Shown here: positions 1 to 12,113 of the stretch, piece by piece
Layout: every line of letters begins with the position of its first letter
Position numbering within the stretch: the first letter of the stretch is position 1
From: Dendrobates tinctorius
Lineage: Eukaryota
Direction of reading: 5' to 3'
DNA: 64,000 nucleotides
Assembly: GCF_039654945.1 (NCBI RefSeq)
Contig: NW_027362008.1
Coordinates: forward strand, 3,968,001-4,032,000
Program-made: the position numbers and the translations under genes
The notes under the pieces: generated by a model
Told to the model about the DNA's origin: nothing
Seen by the model: the letters and a program-made list of their open reading frames with translations, nothing else
Database searches by the model: none

Positions 1-137
1 AGTGTAGATTATATGAATACTTGTAATACCTGCAACAAGATTTTCTTTATTTCTTTGTTAAATTTGTTAACCTTTTTATTCGAAATATTTGTATTGTTGG
101 AAACAACTTAATATTCAGAGAGTAATATTTAATAAAA

Positions 138-1256
138 TTACATAATATCTTTTCTTTTATTTAAGCCAAGAGGTTCTCTGGTGTCAAGTTTGAAAATCCA
201 CCAGGCTTCCCTATTTTGTAATGTAACCTCCGTATCACCCCCTCTGATGGGTGTGTGTATTTTTTCAATTGCATACACCACAAGTGATTTCAGGTCACCT
301 TTATGACATTCAATAAAATGTTTTGACACCTGAGATGTGTTCCTCTCCATGTTAATATTCTCTGTGTCATAGATGTGTTCCCTAATTCTTTTCTTCAGCA
401 TGTGTTTTGTGCTTCCAACACATTTTAGATGGCAGAAGGTGCACTCCATAATATATACCAAGGTTTTAGTGCTACAATTGATAAAGGTTTTAGTACCAAA
501 ATTCTTGCTTTCACTAGAAACTCCAAAGCTAGAGATCTCTTTAGTGTATTTACAGGACTTAGCGCCACACTTATAAAAACCCTTGGTTTTCAGCCAATTT
601 GTGGATTGAATTTGAGACATATTCAAAAAACTTGGTGCGAGGCTCTGACCTAAAGATGGTGCTCTCCTAGAGACGATTCTAAATCCTTTCCCTATAATAC
701 TATCTATATCTGGATCCTCTTTTAATATAGATAAATTATTTTGAATAATTCTTTTAATAGAGGCAAATTGGTTACTACACTGCGAGACCAATGTTACAGG
801 AGTGACTGAATGTTCATGTGTGTTACACTGAGGTTTGAATCGTGGTTTTTGAGCCACAATGTTTTCAGCTTTGCTTAAACTCCATTGGGTATAACCCCTT
901 TGGGTCAATCGCTGCTTAATGTTAGAAACTTCCTGTTTATAACAGTATAGCATTGCCTGCTGTGTTCTTTCTAAATTTTTGTGTTACTACAGGTTTACCT
1001 GAAATTCCTTGTAAAATCAAATAAAAAAAATCAATGCATGAAATTTTATGCCGGACCACAAATTTTAAATTCAAGGGATTGCAGTTAATATAAAAATTAA
1101 AATCCCGTATGGCAGATACATCAGAATTCCAGATGATAATGATATCATCTATGTATCTGCCGTACCAATAGACACAATCTTTAAATGGATTATTTACAGT
1201 ATAAATATACAGCTCTTCCCACCAGCTCATTACCAAGTGAAATTAGCAAGTGAAGT
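138..1256 (-). mobile_element. Penelope-like (Neptune-type) retroelement fragment: RT C-terminal half, Cys-rich linker and GIY-YIG endonuclease; degenerate
   Basis: ORF 937-1236 has the RT motif YWYGRYIDDIIIIW. ORF 138-953 has KCGAKSCKY, a GIY-YIG-like LVYIMECTFCHLKCVGST..RIREH, and the C-terminal REAWWIFKLDTREPLGLN. A ~95-bp internal deletion near 943 is seen relative to later copies. Confidence 0.88.
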
Positions 1257-1265
1257 TGTCAAGCG

Positions 1266-1620
1266 ATCCACTATATGACCAAGATGAAAATCTTTTGTTG
1301 CAATTGTGGCTTGTTCCCTGCCAATTTACATGCAGCGTTATATTTTACATATGATTATGTGTGTTTTTCCATGAGTTATTCATCCTGCTTTGAATGTAAA
1401 TGCTTTTTCTTTGTTGTCATCTAGGAAAATTTAACACCATCCACTATATGACTAAGATATAAAGTATTTTTTGCAATTTTAGTTTGTTCCTCGCTAGTTT
1501 ATGTGGATTGTTATGCTGGAGCATATTGCTATGTGTGTTTTTTATGCAATATCGATCCGGTTTTCAATGAAATAGTTTTTATTTTTGCTTTCACCTAGGT
1601 AATTTTACCCTCCTCCGCTA
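1266..1620. repeat. Degenerate ~173-bp tandem duplication next to the Penelope fragment (present in every unit)
   Basis: ATCCACTATATGA recurs at 1266 and 1439, each followed by similar sequence (..GGCTTGTTCC / GTTTGTTCC.., CATCTAGG / CACCTAGG). Confidence 0.55.
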
Positions 1621-2377
1621 AAATTGTGTTAGTGCGGTATTAGCCTATGTAGATTTTTATATCTGTGTCTCTTACTATTACTCTATGACACTCAGTGTAT
1701 GATAAAGAGAAATGTTTTTTCTTCTTTTTATGATTGTTATTGAGAATAATATAATAGAAAAAATGTCTTTGTAAGGCTGTGTGCCCACGTTGCGTTTTTT
1801 AAGAGTTTCCGTGGTGATTTTAAAGACTTGATTCTGCCACGGAAACAATTAAGAAAAGCATTCCATGTTATCATAATTGATTCCACACATGTTGTACTAA
1901 TGGTGCTAAAACTTCACATTTTTTGTGTTTTTGCACTTTTTATTCAGGGTGCAGTTGGGTCCATTTGGTCTTGTAAACTGTGGTGTCTGTTCTCATGGCA
2001 TGCATTCTGATAGCGCTGGGCAGCCCGCCTTAGCTAATAGAAGGGTGTCACTACTAGGCTGTTAACCTGGATGCTGTGCATTGCCATAATGTGAACAGCG
2101 CCGCATACAAGTTTTTTCGTGCATTAACATACCAGGCAACCGCCCCCTCCATGTATTGGTAAGTTGTGAGCGGTTGTTTCATCGGTATTCTTGCACCTGT
2201 GTTGCCATCTTAATTATCTGGGTCCACTGCCTCCTGATAGTGCATTTGTCTGGAGGGCTGGACGGGTAAACCTTTCTGCTTTTTTGCTGTTTTCATTTAT
2301 TATTGGAGGATTTTTGGGTCATCTTTTTGTGCTATTTCATTATTGAGAATAATATAATAGAAAAAATGTCTTTGTAA

Positions 2378-4310
2378 GGCTGTGTGCCCACGTTGCATTT
2401 TTTAAGAGTTTCCGTGGCGATTTTAAACACGTGATTCTGCCGCGGAAGGGCTTAAGAAAAGCATTCCATGTTATCATAATTGATTCCGCACATGTTGTGC
2501 TAATGGTGCGCATTTTACCGCTGCGGAATTGCTTTAGTGGTAAAAAAACGCAGCATGTTTATTAATTTTGCGGAATAACATGCGATTATGCATACATACA
2601 CTGTGTTCCAAATTATTATGCAAATTGGATTTAAGTGTCATAAAGATGTAATTTTTTGTTTTTCAAATAAACTCATAGATGGTATTGTGTATCAGGGCTC
2701 TTTGGATCACTGAAATCAATCTCAAATGCCTGTGATAATTAGTTTACCAGGTGAGCCCAATTAAAGGAAAACTACTTAAGAATGATGTTCCACATTATTA
2801 AGCAGGGCACAGGTTTCAAGGAATTTAGAAAAGAAAAAGGATCTCTCTGCTCCTGAAAAGCATCAAATAGTGCAATGCCTTGGTCAAGAGATGAAAACAT
2901 TAGATATTTCCCAAAAATTTAAACGTGATCATCGTACTGTTAAGAGATTTGTGTCTGATTCTGAGCACAGACATGTTTGTGCTGATAAAGGCAGAATGAG
3001 GAAGGTTTCTGCCAGGCAAGTTCATCGGATTAAGAGAGCGGCTGCTAAAAAGCCATTACAAACCAGCAAACAGATATTTAAAGCTGCTGGTGCCTCTGGA
3101 GTCCCTCGAACGTCAAGGTGTAGGATCCTTCAAAGGCTTGCTGTGGTGCATAAATCTACTATTCGGCCACCCCCAAACAGTGTTCACAAGCAGAAATGGT
3201 TCCAGTGGGCCCAGACATACATGAAGACTAATTTTCATACAGTCTTGTTTACTGATGAGTGTTGAGCAACCCTGGATGGTCCAGATGGATGGAGTAGTGG
3301 ATGGTTGGTGGATGGCCACTATGTCCCAACAAGGCTGCGACATCAGAAAGGAGGTGGAAGAGTCATGTTTTGGTCTGGAATCATGGGGAAACAGCTGGTA
3401 GGGCTCTTTAAGGTTCCTGAAGGTGTGAAAATGACCTCTGCAAAGTATATAGAGTTTCTGACTGACAGCTGTCGTCCATGGTATAAGAAGCAGAAATGTG
3501 CCTTCAGGAGCAAAATCATTTTCATGCATGACAATGCACCATCTCATGCTGCAAAGAATACCTCTGAGTCATTGACTGCTATAGGCATAAAAGGAGATAA
3601 ACTCATGGCGTGGCCACCATCTTCCCCTGACCTCAACCCTATAGAGAACCTTTGGAGTATCATCAAGCAAAAGATCTATGAGGGTGGGAGGCTGGTCACA
3701 TCAAAACAGCAGCTCTGGGAGGCTATTCTGACTTCATGCAAAGAAATACAAGCAGAAACTCTCCAAAAACTCCCAAGTTCAATGGATGCAAGAATTGTGA
3801 AGGTGACATCACAGAAGGGTTCCTATGTTACCATGTAACTTGGCCTGTTAGAATGTTTTGGAGTTAAATAGCTTTTTTGTTCAGTGAATGTGACCTCCTA
3901 ATGCTGCAAATTCCACAAATGAACATTTTCAGCTCTTTAAAACATATCAAATGTTTAGAAATTCTACTGTGCCTAATAATTTGGAACAGGGCAATTTGAG
4001 GTTTTTTTCATTTTGGAGATTATACTGTTATCATTGGGAGGTTTCTTCAATAAAATGTAATGTATACTCTAACGGGTGATGACTTTTATTAGACTGACTG
4101 TCATTTGTACCGACTATTTAGGAAAATCATAGAAAAATATCATTTGCATAACAATTTGGAACACAGTGTACACTTGTATTGCAAAAACGCATGATAAACG
4201 CGTCAAAATCTCTAAAAAAGCATCAAAAACCGCATGCGTTTTTCCAGCAAAGGGTGTGCGTTTCTGCTCAGGAATATTCTACTTCAAAACTGCAATGTGG
4301 GCACATAGCC
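2378..4310. mobile_element. Harbinger/Tourist-type MITE interrupted by a Tc1 element
   Basis: TIRs GGCTGTGTGCCCAC / GTGGGCACATAGCC with TAA on both sides (2375-2377, 4311-4313). Uninterrupted copies lie at 19096-19466 and 36951-37330. Confidence 0.8.
2599..4168 (+). mobile_element. Tc1/mariner DNA transposon, DD37E (TRT-type); transposase inactivated
   Basis: 27-bp TIRs CACTGTGTTCCAAATTATTATGCAAAT (1 mismatch), TA TSD at 2597-2598 and 4169-4170, empty site near 19300. Catalytic motifs FTDE, HDNA and SPDLNPIE with 37 residues between the second D and E. Premature TGA at 3263-3265 and a damaged start. Confidence 0.93.
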
Positions 4311-4715
4311 TAAAAGCGGCTTTTCTTTCCTCTAGTCTGAGTGGATGGCTGAAATTTTTCATTCTGACGTTTGATCTATCATATGATTTTCACTCTGTTC
4401 CAGAGGGAAATTGTGTTTTTCTCTTTGGTTGTTTTGTAAAAACTCAACATCAATTTTTACAATTATGGTTCTTTCATTTGCTCCCTTATATAAATGTATA
4501 TTTCTGTACTTCTGTACTGTGGCTGCTAAGAAGAATTTACAATATACTGCGTTTGTTCTGCGCAATTAAAATATATTCTCGCCTATATGCCATGTGGAAT
4601 CCACATTCCTGATTTTAACCATGTATGTCTTCACTTGTAATTCACTTGTGTTAATTAGATATGTTAATTGTCTTCCACTAGTGTTCAGCATATTAGTGCT
4701 TTGTTGAACAATGCC

Positions 4716-4763
4716 TGTTATCATGACTAAGGGTGCTGGGACACCTGAAACGCGTTGATAGCA
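4716..4763 (+). ncRNA. Minimal type-I hammerhead ribozyme variant in a Penelope pLTR-like segment
   Basis: Stem I TGTTATC/GATAGCA; core ATGACTA (A3-U8 in place of C3-G8); stem II GGGTG/CACCT; GAAA; palindromic stem III ACGCGT; predicted GUU cleavage after 4756. AATAAA lies ~50 nt downstream. Confidence 0.72.
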
Positions 4764-4910
4764 CAATCTTTTGTTCCATTCAAGCTGATATTTTATCTAT
4801 TCACATCTGAGTGAATAAAGAATTTGTATTTTCACTTCATCGTTAAGCTGGATCATCTCTTTTTTGTTACATTAGCCATACCTTTCTTTTTTTGGGCAAT
4901 ATGGATGTGA

Positions 4911-5843
4911 GGCTATGTGCCCATGTTGCGTTTAAATCCGGACACTGAAAACCTGACTTCTTGCCAGAAATCGCACTTTTTTTTCCACGCGATTTCACCG
5001 CGATTATGTTCGCGATTTTGCCGCGATTTTTGCGTGCGATATTCAAGCACTTTCCAAGCGATTTGAAGCATCACTTGGAAAGTGATTGACAGGTTGGTCG
5101 GACTCGTCAAACATAGTGTTTGACAAGTGTGACCAGCTTTTTACTATTGAGGCCGCCTATGCAGCATCAATAGTAAAAGATAGAATGTTAAAAATGATTA
5201 AAAAAATAAAAAATCGGGGTATATTTACCTTCTGACGTCCTGCGCAGTCTCAGCGGCGCTCCCGTTCCCAGCGATGCCTTGCGAGACCTGTGATGACGTT
5301 GGTCTCGCATTTCTATAGCGATCTCACGAGACCGCTAGAGTCACGCGAGACTACGTCATCACAGGAAGTTGCCGCAAGGCATTACTGGGAACGTTGAGGC
5401 CCGGGAAGGCTGCGCGTGACACCGGAAGGTAAATATACCTCGATTTTTTATTTTTTATTCCTTTTTTTACAGGGGTATGGTACCCAGGGCCTGGAGGACA
5501 GTCTCCTCTCCTCCACACCGTGGGTACCAACCACACATAAGACGCTTAACTTCGCGTATGGTGGGCATAGCCACATGCGGGAAGTAAGCGATTCTCATGC
5601 ATTCCTATGGATGCAAAATCACGGCAATTCTTTGCGACTCCGCACAAAAGAATGAGCATGCTGCAATTTTTTCCCCGATGCGATTCCGCTGCGGAAAAAA
5701 GTGCAGCATTAGCACAGCATGTGCGGAATGCCGTAGGAATGCATGGGGGGCGTTCTGTACACGATTTTTAAACATTTTTGCAGCGTTTTCACGCCGAAAA
5801 TCACAGCAAAAACGCTTAAAAATCGCATCGTGGGCACAAAGCC
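4911..5843. mobile_element. Harbinger/Tourist-type MITE (933 bp), specific to this unit
   Basis: TIRs GGCTATGTGCCCA / TGGGCACAAAGCC flanked by TGA/TCA (degenerate TAA). The empty site GATGTAAAAG is seen at ~20055 and ~37913. Internal palindromes, e.g. ~5140-5178. Confidence 0.8.
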
Positions 5844-6593
5844 TCAAAGTGGTTTTTTAAGTATCAGTTATATTTGTCAATTGTAACACTTTTTAAGTGT
5901 AACTTGTTAGCATGATTTTATAAGCACTTTGTTGCAAGGGAAGTAAAAAAAACAGTAATTTTAACATTTATTTGTATTTTAAAGTTTGTGTTATCTGATG
6001 TGCTGAAAAAATAACGCAGTAACTGCAGTCAGTAGGTCAGTAGTAATATGGTGCTGGTAAATTTGTATAATCTTAACTGTTTATTATGTTTTGTACAATA
6101 TACACTTTAAAAAAACACATTTTTATACTGTTTTACAATTTTCTGTTAGTGGCGTGGTATGAAGATTTATTTTTGCATGAAAATCTGTAGCTTTTGTTGG
6201 TAACAGTTTGTTGTACATGCAACTTTCTGATCACTTTCACATTATTTAGGAGGCAAAATGAAAGAAAAAAACATAAATTCTGAATTTGTTTTATTTTTTT
6301 TTTAAAGCCCAGTCACTGTTGGGTATAACAGTCATGTTACCTTTATTTGGTGGACGATATCATGACCATATTCTGATAACCTTCACTTATTTATTTTTCG
6401 GTTTATTGTAGGTGACGCTGATTGAGGCTGTGTTTTTGGTTATATATGCCTTTCTAGTTATTATTTATCTCATTGTTTTGTTGGGAAGCATAAACAAACA
6501 GCTATGAATTGGAAATAGTTTTGTTATTTTTATGGAGTTCGTCCAGCAGTATAATTGACATGATTACTTTATTCTGTGTGCTGATATGACTAT

Positions 6594-9500
6594 AGAATCA
6601 TAGAATCATAGAATCGTAGAGTTGGAAGGGACCTCCTGGGCCATCTGGTCCAACCCCCTGCTCAAAGCAGGATTCGCTAAATCATCCCAGTCAGATGTCT
6701 GTCCAGCCTCTGTTTGAAGACTTCCATTGAAGGAGAACTCACCACTTCTCGTGGCAGCCTGTTCCACTCATTGATCACTCTAACTGTCAAAAAGTTTTTT
6801 CTAATATCTAATCTGTCTCCTCCCATTCAGTTTCATCCCATTGCTTCTAGTCTTTCCTTGTGCAAATGAGAATAAAGATGATCCTTCTACAATGTGACAG
6901 CCCTTTAGATATTTGTAGACAGCTATTAAGTCACCTCTCAGTCTTCTCTTTTGCAAACTAAACAATCCCAAATCCTGCAACCTTTCCTCATAAGACAGGG
7001 TTTGCAGACCGGTCACCATTCTGGTCGCTCTTTTCTGAACTTGCTCCAGTTTGTTGATGTCTTTTTTAAAATGTGGTTCCTAAAACTGGACGCAATATTC
7101 CAGATGAGGTCTGACCAAAGAGGAGTAGAGGGAAATAATGACTTCACGTGATCTAGACTGTATGCTTATGTTAATACATCCTAGAATTGCATTTGCCATT
7201 TTTGCTGCTGCATTACACTGTTGACTCATATTCAGTCTGTGATCTATTATTATACCCAAGTCTTTTTCACATGTGCTGTTGCTTAGCCCTATTCCTCCCA
7301 TTCTGTATATGCTTTTTTCATTTTTATTGCCCAGATGTAGTACTTTGCATTTTTCCCTGTTAAAAACCATTCTGTTAGTTGCTGCCCACTTCTCCAGTTT
7401 ATTTATATCTTTTTGAATCCTCTCTCTCTTCTCTAGTATTAGCTATCCCTCCAAGCTTTGTGTCATCAGCAAATTTAATCAGTTTACCCTCAATTCCATC
7501 ATCTAAATCGTTGATAAAGATGTTGAACAATACAGGGCCCAGGACAGAGCCCTGTGGTACCCCACTTGAGACATTCTTCCAACTGAATGTGCAGCCATTT
7601 ATGACCACTCTTTGGGTCCGATCACTAAGCCAGTTATGAATCCACCTAACAGTTGCCTTGTCCATTCCATACTTAGTCATTTTTTCAATAAGGATTGTAT
7701 GAGATACTTTGTCAAATGCTTTGCTGAAGTCAAGATATACTATATCTACAGCATTTCCTTGATCCACCCAATCAGTGATTCCATCATAGAAGGAAATTAA
7801 ATTAGTCTGACATGACTTATTAATTACAAACCCATGCTGACTCTGTTTAATCACTTTATTCTTATCCAGGTACTGACATACATGTTGTTTAATAATTTGT
7901 TCAAAGATCTTTCCTGGTATAGAAGTCAGACTCACCGGCCTATAGTTGCCTGGGTCCACCTTCTTCCCCTTTTTGAAGATAGGAACAACATTTGCTCTTC
8001 TCCAGTCTTCTGGGACTTCTCCTGTACTCCAAAAATTTTCAAAGATTATGGAGAGGGGTTCAAAAATTTCTTCTGCTATCTCCTTCAGTACTCTGGGGTG
8101 TAATTCATCTGGACCTGGAGACTTGAATTCATTTAGGTTAGCTAACTGTTTCCTCACAATCTTTCTGTTTATAGATATCCTGGATTCTTCTATTCAATTA
8201 ATAGGACAGTGAAGAACAGTTGATGTTGCATTTCCTTTCTGAGAGAAAACAGATGCAAAATAGGAATTTAAAAGTTCGGCCTTCTCAACATCCTGTCTTA
8301 CCATTTCATCATTTTCATCCTGTAAAAATCCTATAGCATCTTTGACTTTTCTTTTACTTTTGACATATCCCCAAAATCCTTTATTATTGCTTTTGACATC
8401 TCTTGCAAGCCTCAATTCATTGTCAGCTTTAGCTAATCTGATTTGTGCCCTGCAGGTTCTGCAGACAGCATTATATTCTTCTTTAGATATGCCTCCCTCT
8501 TTCCATTTTATAAACATTTTTGTCTTCCTTTTTAGCATGTGCTTAAGTTCTATGTTCATCCATCCTGGTTTCCTTAAATGCTTCCTATTCTTCACTCTTT
8601 TCAGAATTGTTAACAATTGTGCTTTGAGAATTTCATTTTTAAGATTTCCCATCCTTCCTGGACATTTTTGTCTTTAAGGATATCCAGCCATTGGATCCCT
8701 CCAATTCTCTTTCTGAATCCCTTAAAATCTGCCTTTCTGAAATCTAACCTTGATGTCTGAGTCTTCATAGGTCTTCTGCCTCTAGTTATCCAAGATTCTA
8801 AAATAGCATGGTCGCTACCTCCTAGGGTCCCAGCCACTTTTACCTCCTCAACCATTTCCTCCCTGTTTATAAGGATTAGATCCAAGGTAGCAGTTCCCCT
8901 TGTTTTCTCCCCTACCTTTTGGAAGACAAAGTTGTCAGCAAGAGAGGATAAGAATTTCCTTGACCTGTTAGTTTTGCCTGAGAGAGATTCCCAGCAAATG
9001 TCTGGATAGTTGAAATCTCCCATCACAACTATGTCATATTTTTTGGAGAACTTGGCCATTTGATGCATAAAGAGTTCATCCATATCTTCAGCTTGCACAG
9101 GTGGCCTGTAGTAAATGCCTACAATGGTGTCCTTTCCATTGTTCTGTCCTTGTATTCTTACCCAAACAGTTTCCACAGAACTTCCAGTCTCTGAAGCTGC
9201 AATCTCTTTGCAGATATACGCGTTTCTAACATACAATGCGACACCTCCTCCTCGTTTATCAAGTCTGTTTCTTGCAAATAAGTTGTATCCTTCTAGTCTT
9301 GTATTCCAATCAAGTGTATTGTCCCACCAAGTTTCAGTGATTCCAATGACATCATATCTCTTTTCCTGTGTTAGTAGTTCCAATTCTCCTTGTTTGTTGC
9401 CCATGCTTTGTGCATTAGTATAGAAACATTTTAGTCTGTGATTGGTTTCTCTTTCTCCAATATTTTTATTAATTAGATTCTTTTGTCTTTGATCTTCCTT

Positions 9501-9700
9501 TCCACTTCTAATAGCAGAGTTCTCAATAGCATTTGTCAGGTGTATGGCTTTTTCTGGCCTTTTGCTTCCTTTCCCATGTTGTTCTAGTTTAAAGCTCTCC
9601 TTACAAGTGTAGCAAGGCGACTTCCAAATACATATTTTCCAGTCTTCGTAAGGTGCACCGCATCTCTAGCAAGTAGTCCATTGTAAAGGTAATTCACTCA
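6594..9700 (-). mobile_element. CR1 LINE (CR1-A), 5'-truncated: last ~38 codons of ORF1 (esterase C-terminus) plus frameshifted ORF2
   Basis: (ATTCTATG)n tail at ~6592-6615. EN and RT motifs are split over ORFs 8610-9404, 8194-8652, 7399-8157 and 7080-7370. ORF1 end reads ..LLARDAVHLTKTGKYVFGSRLATLVRRALN* (stop 9584-9586). Imperfect TSD ACTAT/ATTAT; empty site at ~20798. Confidence 0.95.
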
Positions 9701-10089
9701 ATTATGTTCATACCTAAGAAAATCACAATTTGTTTTTTATAGCTGTCATATTGTGAGTCAATGCTCTGTATTTTTCTGACTGCAGATCTGTATGAGGACA
9801 TGTTTTTGGGTAACAAACTGGTTGTTTTGGTATAGCATTGAGATAGATGATTTTTTTAATTCAGTTTTTGAGTGAGGTAAGATGAACAAGAATAGCAAGT
9901 TTAGCAGTTTCTCACTTTTCCCTTCATACGGCATTCATCGTGCACAATAAATGATAAGATTCTTTTATAACATGGGTCAGATCAGCAAAATTCAAAATCG
10001 CTTAACTGTTTGGATTTTCCCGATTAATGTGATTTTCAGAGAAGTTGTTCTCCATGACTTGAGTATCACTGATTATGTTCTGGGATCTC

Positions 10090-10255
10090 TCCATGCTGAT
10101 ATTTTATCCTCTTTTCAAATCTGAGTGAACAAAGAATTTGTTTTTTCACTTCATCATTAAGCTAGGTCATCTCTTTTTTGGAATTTTTTAGCCAAGACAT
10201 GGCAGTTCCGTGCACCGAGCTTCATGATCTCTTATCTTAAAGTGGTGAGTTGGAT
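10090..10255 (+). mobile_element. Short Penelope-like fragment homologous to the sequence just 3' of the hammerhead (also at ~21187, ~41342, ~52417)
   Basis: GCTGATATTTTATC..CTGAGTGAA(C/T)AAAGAATTTG..TTTCACTTCATC..TTAAGCT..CATCTCTTTTTTG matches 4784-4866. Confidence 0.55.
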
Positions 10256-11675
10256 TGTTCTATATGGCTAATGTAATGCAACAAGTACAAAAATGTTCTA
10301 TAGTAAACGTCAAAACTGGCTCCAGTATGTAACAATAAAAATGAAATAATGTAAAAACATTTTTCACTATCTCATAAAACTAAATGTATAAACCTTTCCA
10401 AAAATAAAATGAGATTGGTGTACAAAATAAGCTCATCAAATAAGGAAATTCTCCCATTACACTAAAAATAAATTTGCAGAAACTGGTACATGACCTGTAC
10501 CCATAGCGGTGCCATTTACTTGGTGGAAGAGATGAAATTAAAAATAAAATCATTTGATACAACTAAAATTCCAATAATATTTTAAAACAAACCTATTTTG
10601 TGACTAAAGACAGATCAGCTCATCTCTAGTCAGTACATGGGTGGTAGAGGGTAGCAGTGATACAAATGAAATATGTTTAGATGCATTTACATTGTTACAT
10701 GATATGAATACAGTTATATTAGATCTTTTTGTGACTACAGGTAAATGTTCTTTACCCAATTTAATAAAAAAATCTACTTACGTCCAAATCTTCATTTCAT
10801 TTGACCAAAAATTGAGATGTTGATGCAATTATCCTTTACAGAATCCTCTTGATTATGTCTTCTGCTGACATACTCACACTTTTTAAAGAAATGTTTTTTT
10901 TAATATTTGCTCATTCACCGGTCTTAATCTAAAGTCACTGGATGCTTCCATAATTAAATGTAAATAAAAAAGAAAAGAAGGGGTTACCAGCTATGAAGAT
11001 GCTATGCTGCTGTCAAGGTAACATGGCAAATTCATTTCCAGGAGATGTAAAAACAGTAAATTACTGAAGATCATAACGAAAAAAAACATCAATCAGGTAT
11101 AAAAAGCTAACACATGTATTACATTCTTCAATATGTTGTACACTTGGACGGGATGGCCATGGGGGTGGCATTCACGCCAAATAAGGATCAACACAAAATA
11201 TCTCAGTGCAATTTTGTACATCTTTAATATTGTATAAAATATAGAAAGCCACTGCTCCTAGATGTCTAATAGCATGTAAATGAAGGCTGTTATAGCCCCC
11301 ATTTACATGAATTACACACGTATATGCAAGATGTATGAAGCACGGAACACCTTACTATATTAATAAATAATACAGTTGAGCACTTTGTACCAAACACTGC
11401 ACTCAGCAGCTGTTAATCAGGTAATCATAACAGATTCAATACCAGGATCATTGCAAAATTTTGAAATTTTGCCTCTTGACTTCATGAAACTCTCATAAAA
11501 CAATACATTGAATAACATGTCTCTCTTTAGTTTACCTAATTATCAGCACAATGGTGAATAGCATCACAGGGCACCACAGGAAATTTCTATCCCTTTGTGT
11601 TGTCCCAAACCAGCATTCTCCCTGGAGAGATTTATAAATGTCAGTTTATATGTAAATGGAGACAGTAAGTCTTGG

Positions 11676-11892
11676 CCAATGACAATATCCCACTAATTAA
11701 CAACCCCCTGCTCTTCCCAGATATAAACTGTTTCCTCCTCTCAGTGACATCTACTTCACTCCAGGTATTATTTGTGGTCAGAACTGGCCTCTGAGGAGCA
11801 TCAAGCTGTAGACTTGTTGGTGTACAGGAGGAGTTCAGCATTGACTATCATCTTTCAGTAGCAGTAGACATCTTCAATCTCCATCTACAAAG
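11676..11892 (+). promoter_or_regulatory. Putative kinase promoter (CCAAT 11676-11680, TATAAA 11722-11727) and non-coding exon 1 (~11752-11892)
   Basis: CCAAT and TATA have plausible spacing. Donor AAG|GTGAAT at 11892/11893; polypyrimidine acceptor TTTTATTCAG at 12112, one base before the ATG. Conserved in copies 3 and 4. Confidence 0.6.
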
Positions 11893-12113
11893 GTGAATAT
11901 GTGATAAGTATAGCTCAGGATATAGTAGATGGTATTACTGCAGATCCCTGGGGAATTATGCAATGCTGGAACATTATTACAGTGACTGCACACTATTATA
12001 CAATTGTGCATTTCTAGTCGCAGTTTACACGAGGTGATTACAGTATGTTATTATGGGTCTCGAAGATGTTTCATGCTTTATTCAATGCCATATCTCATTT
12101 CATTTTATTCAGA

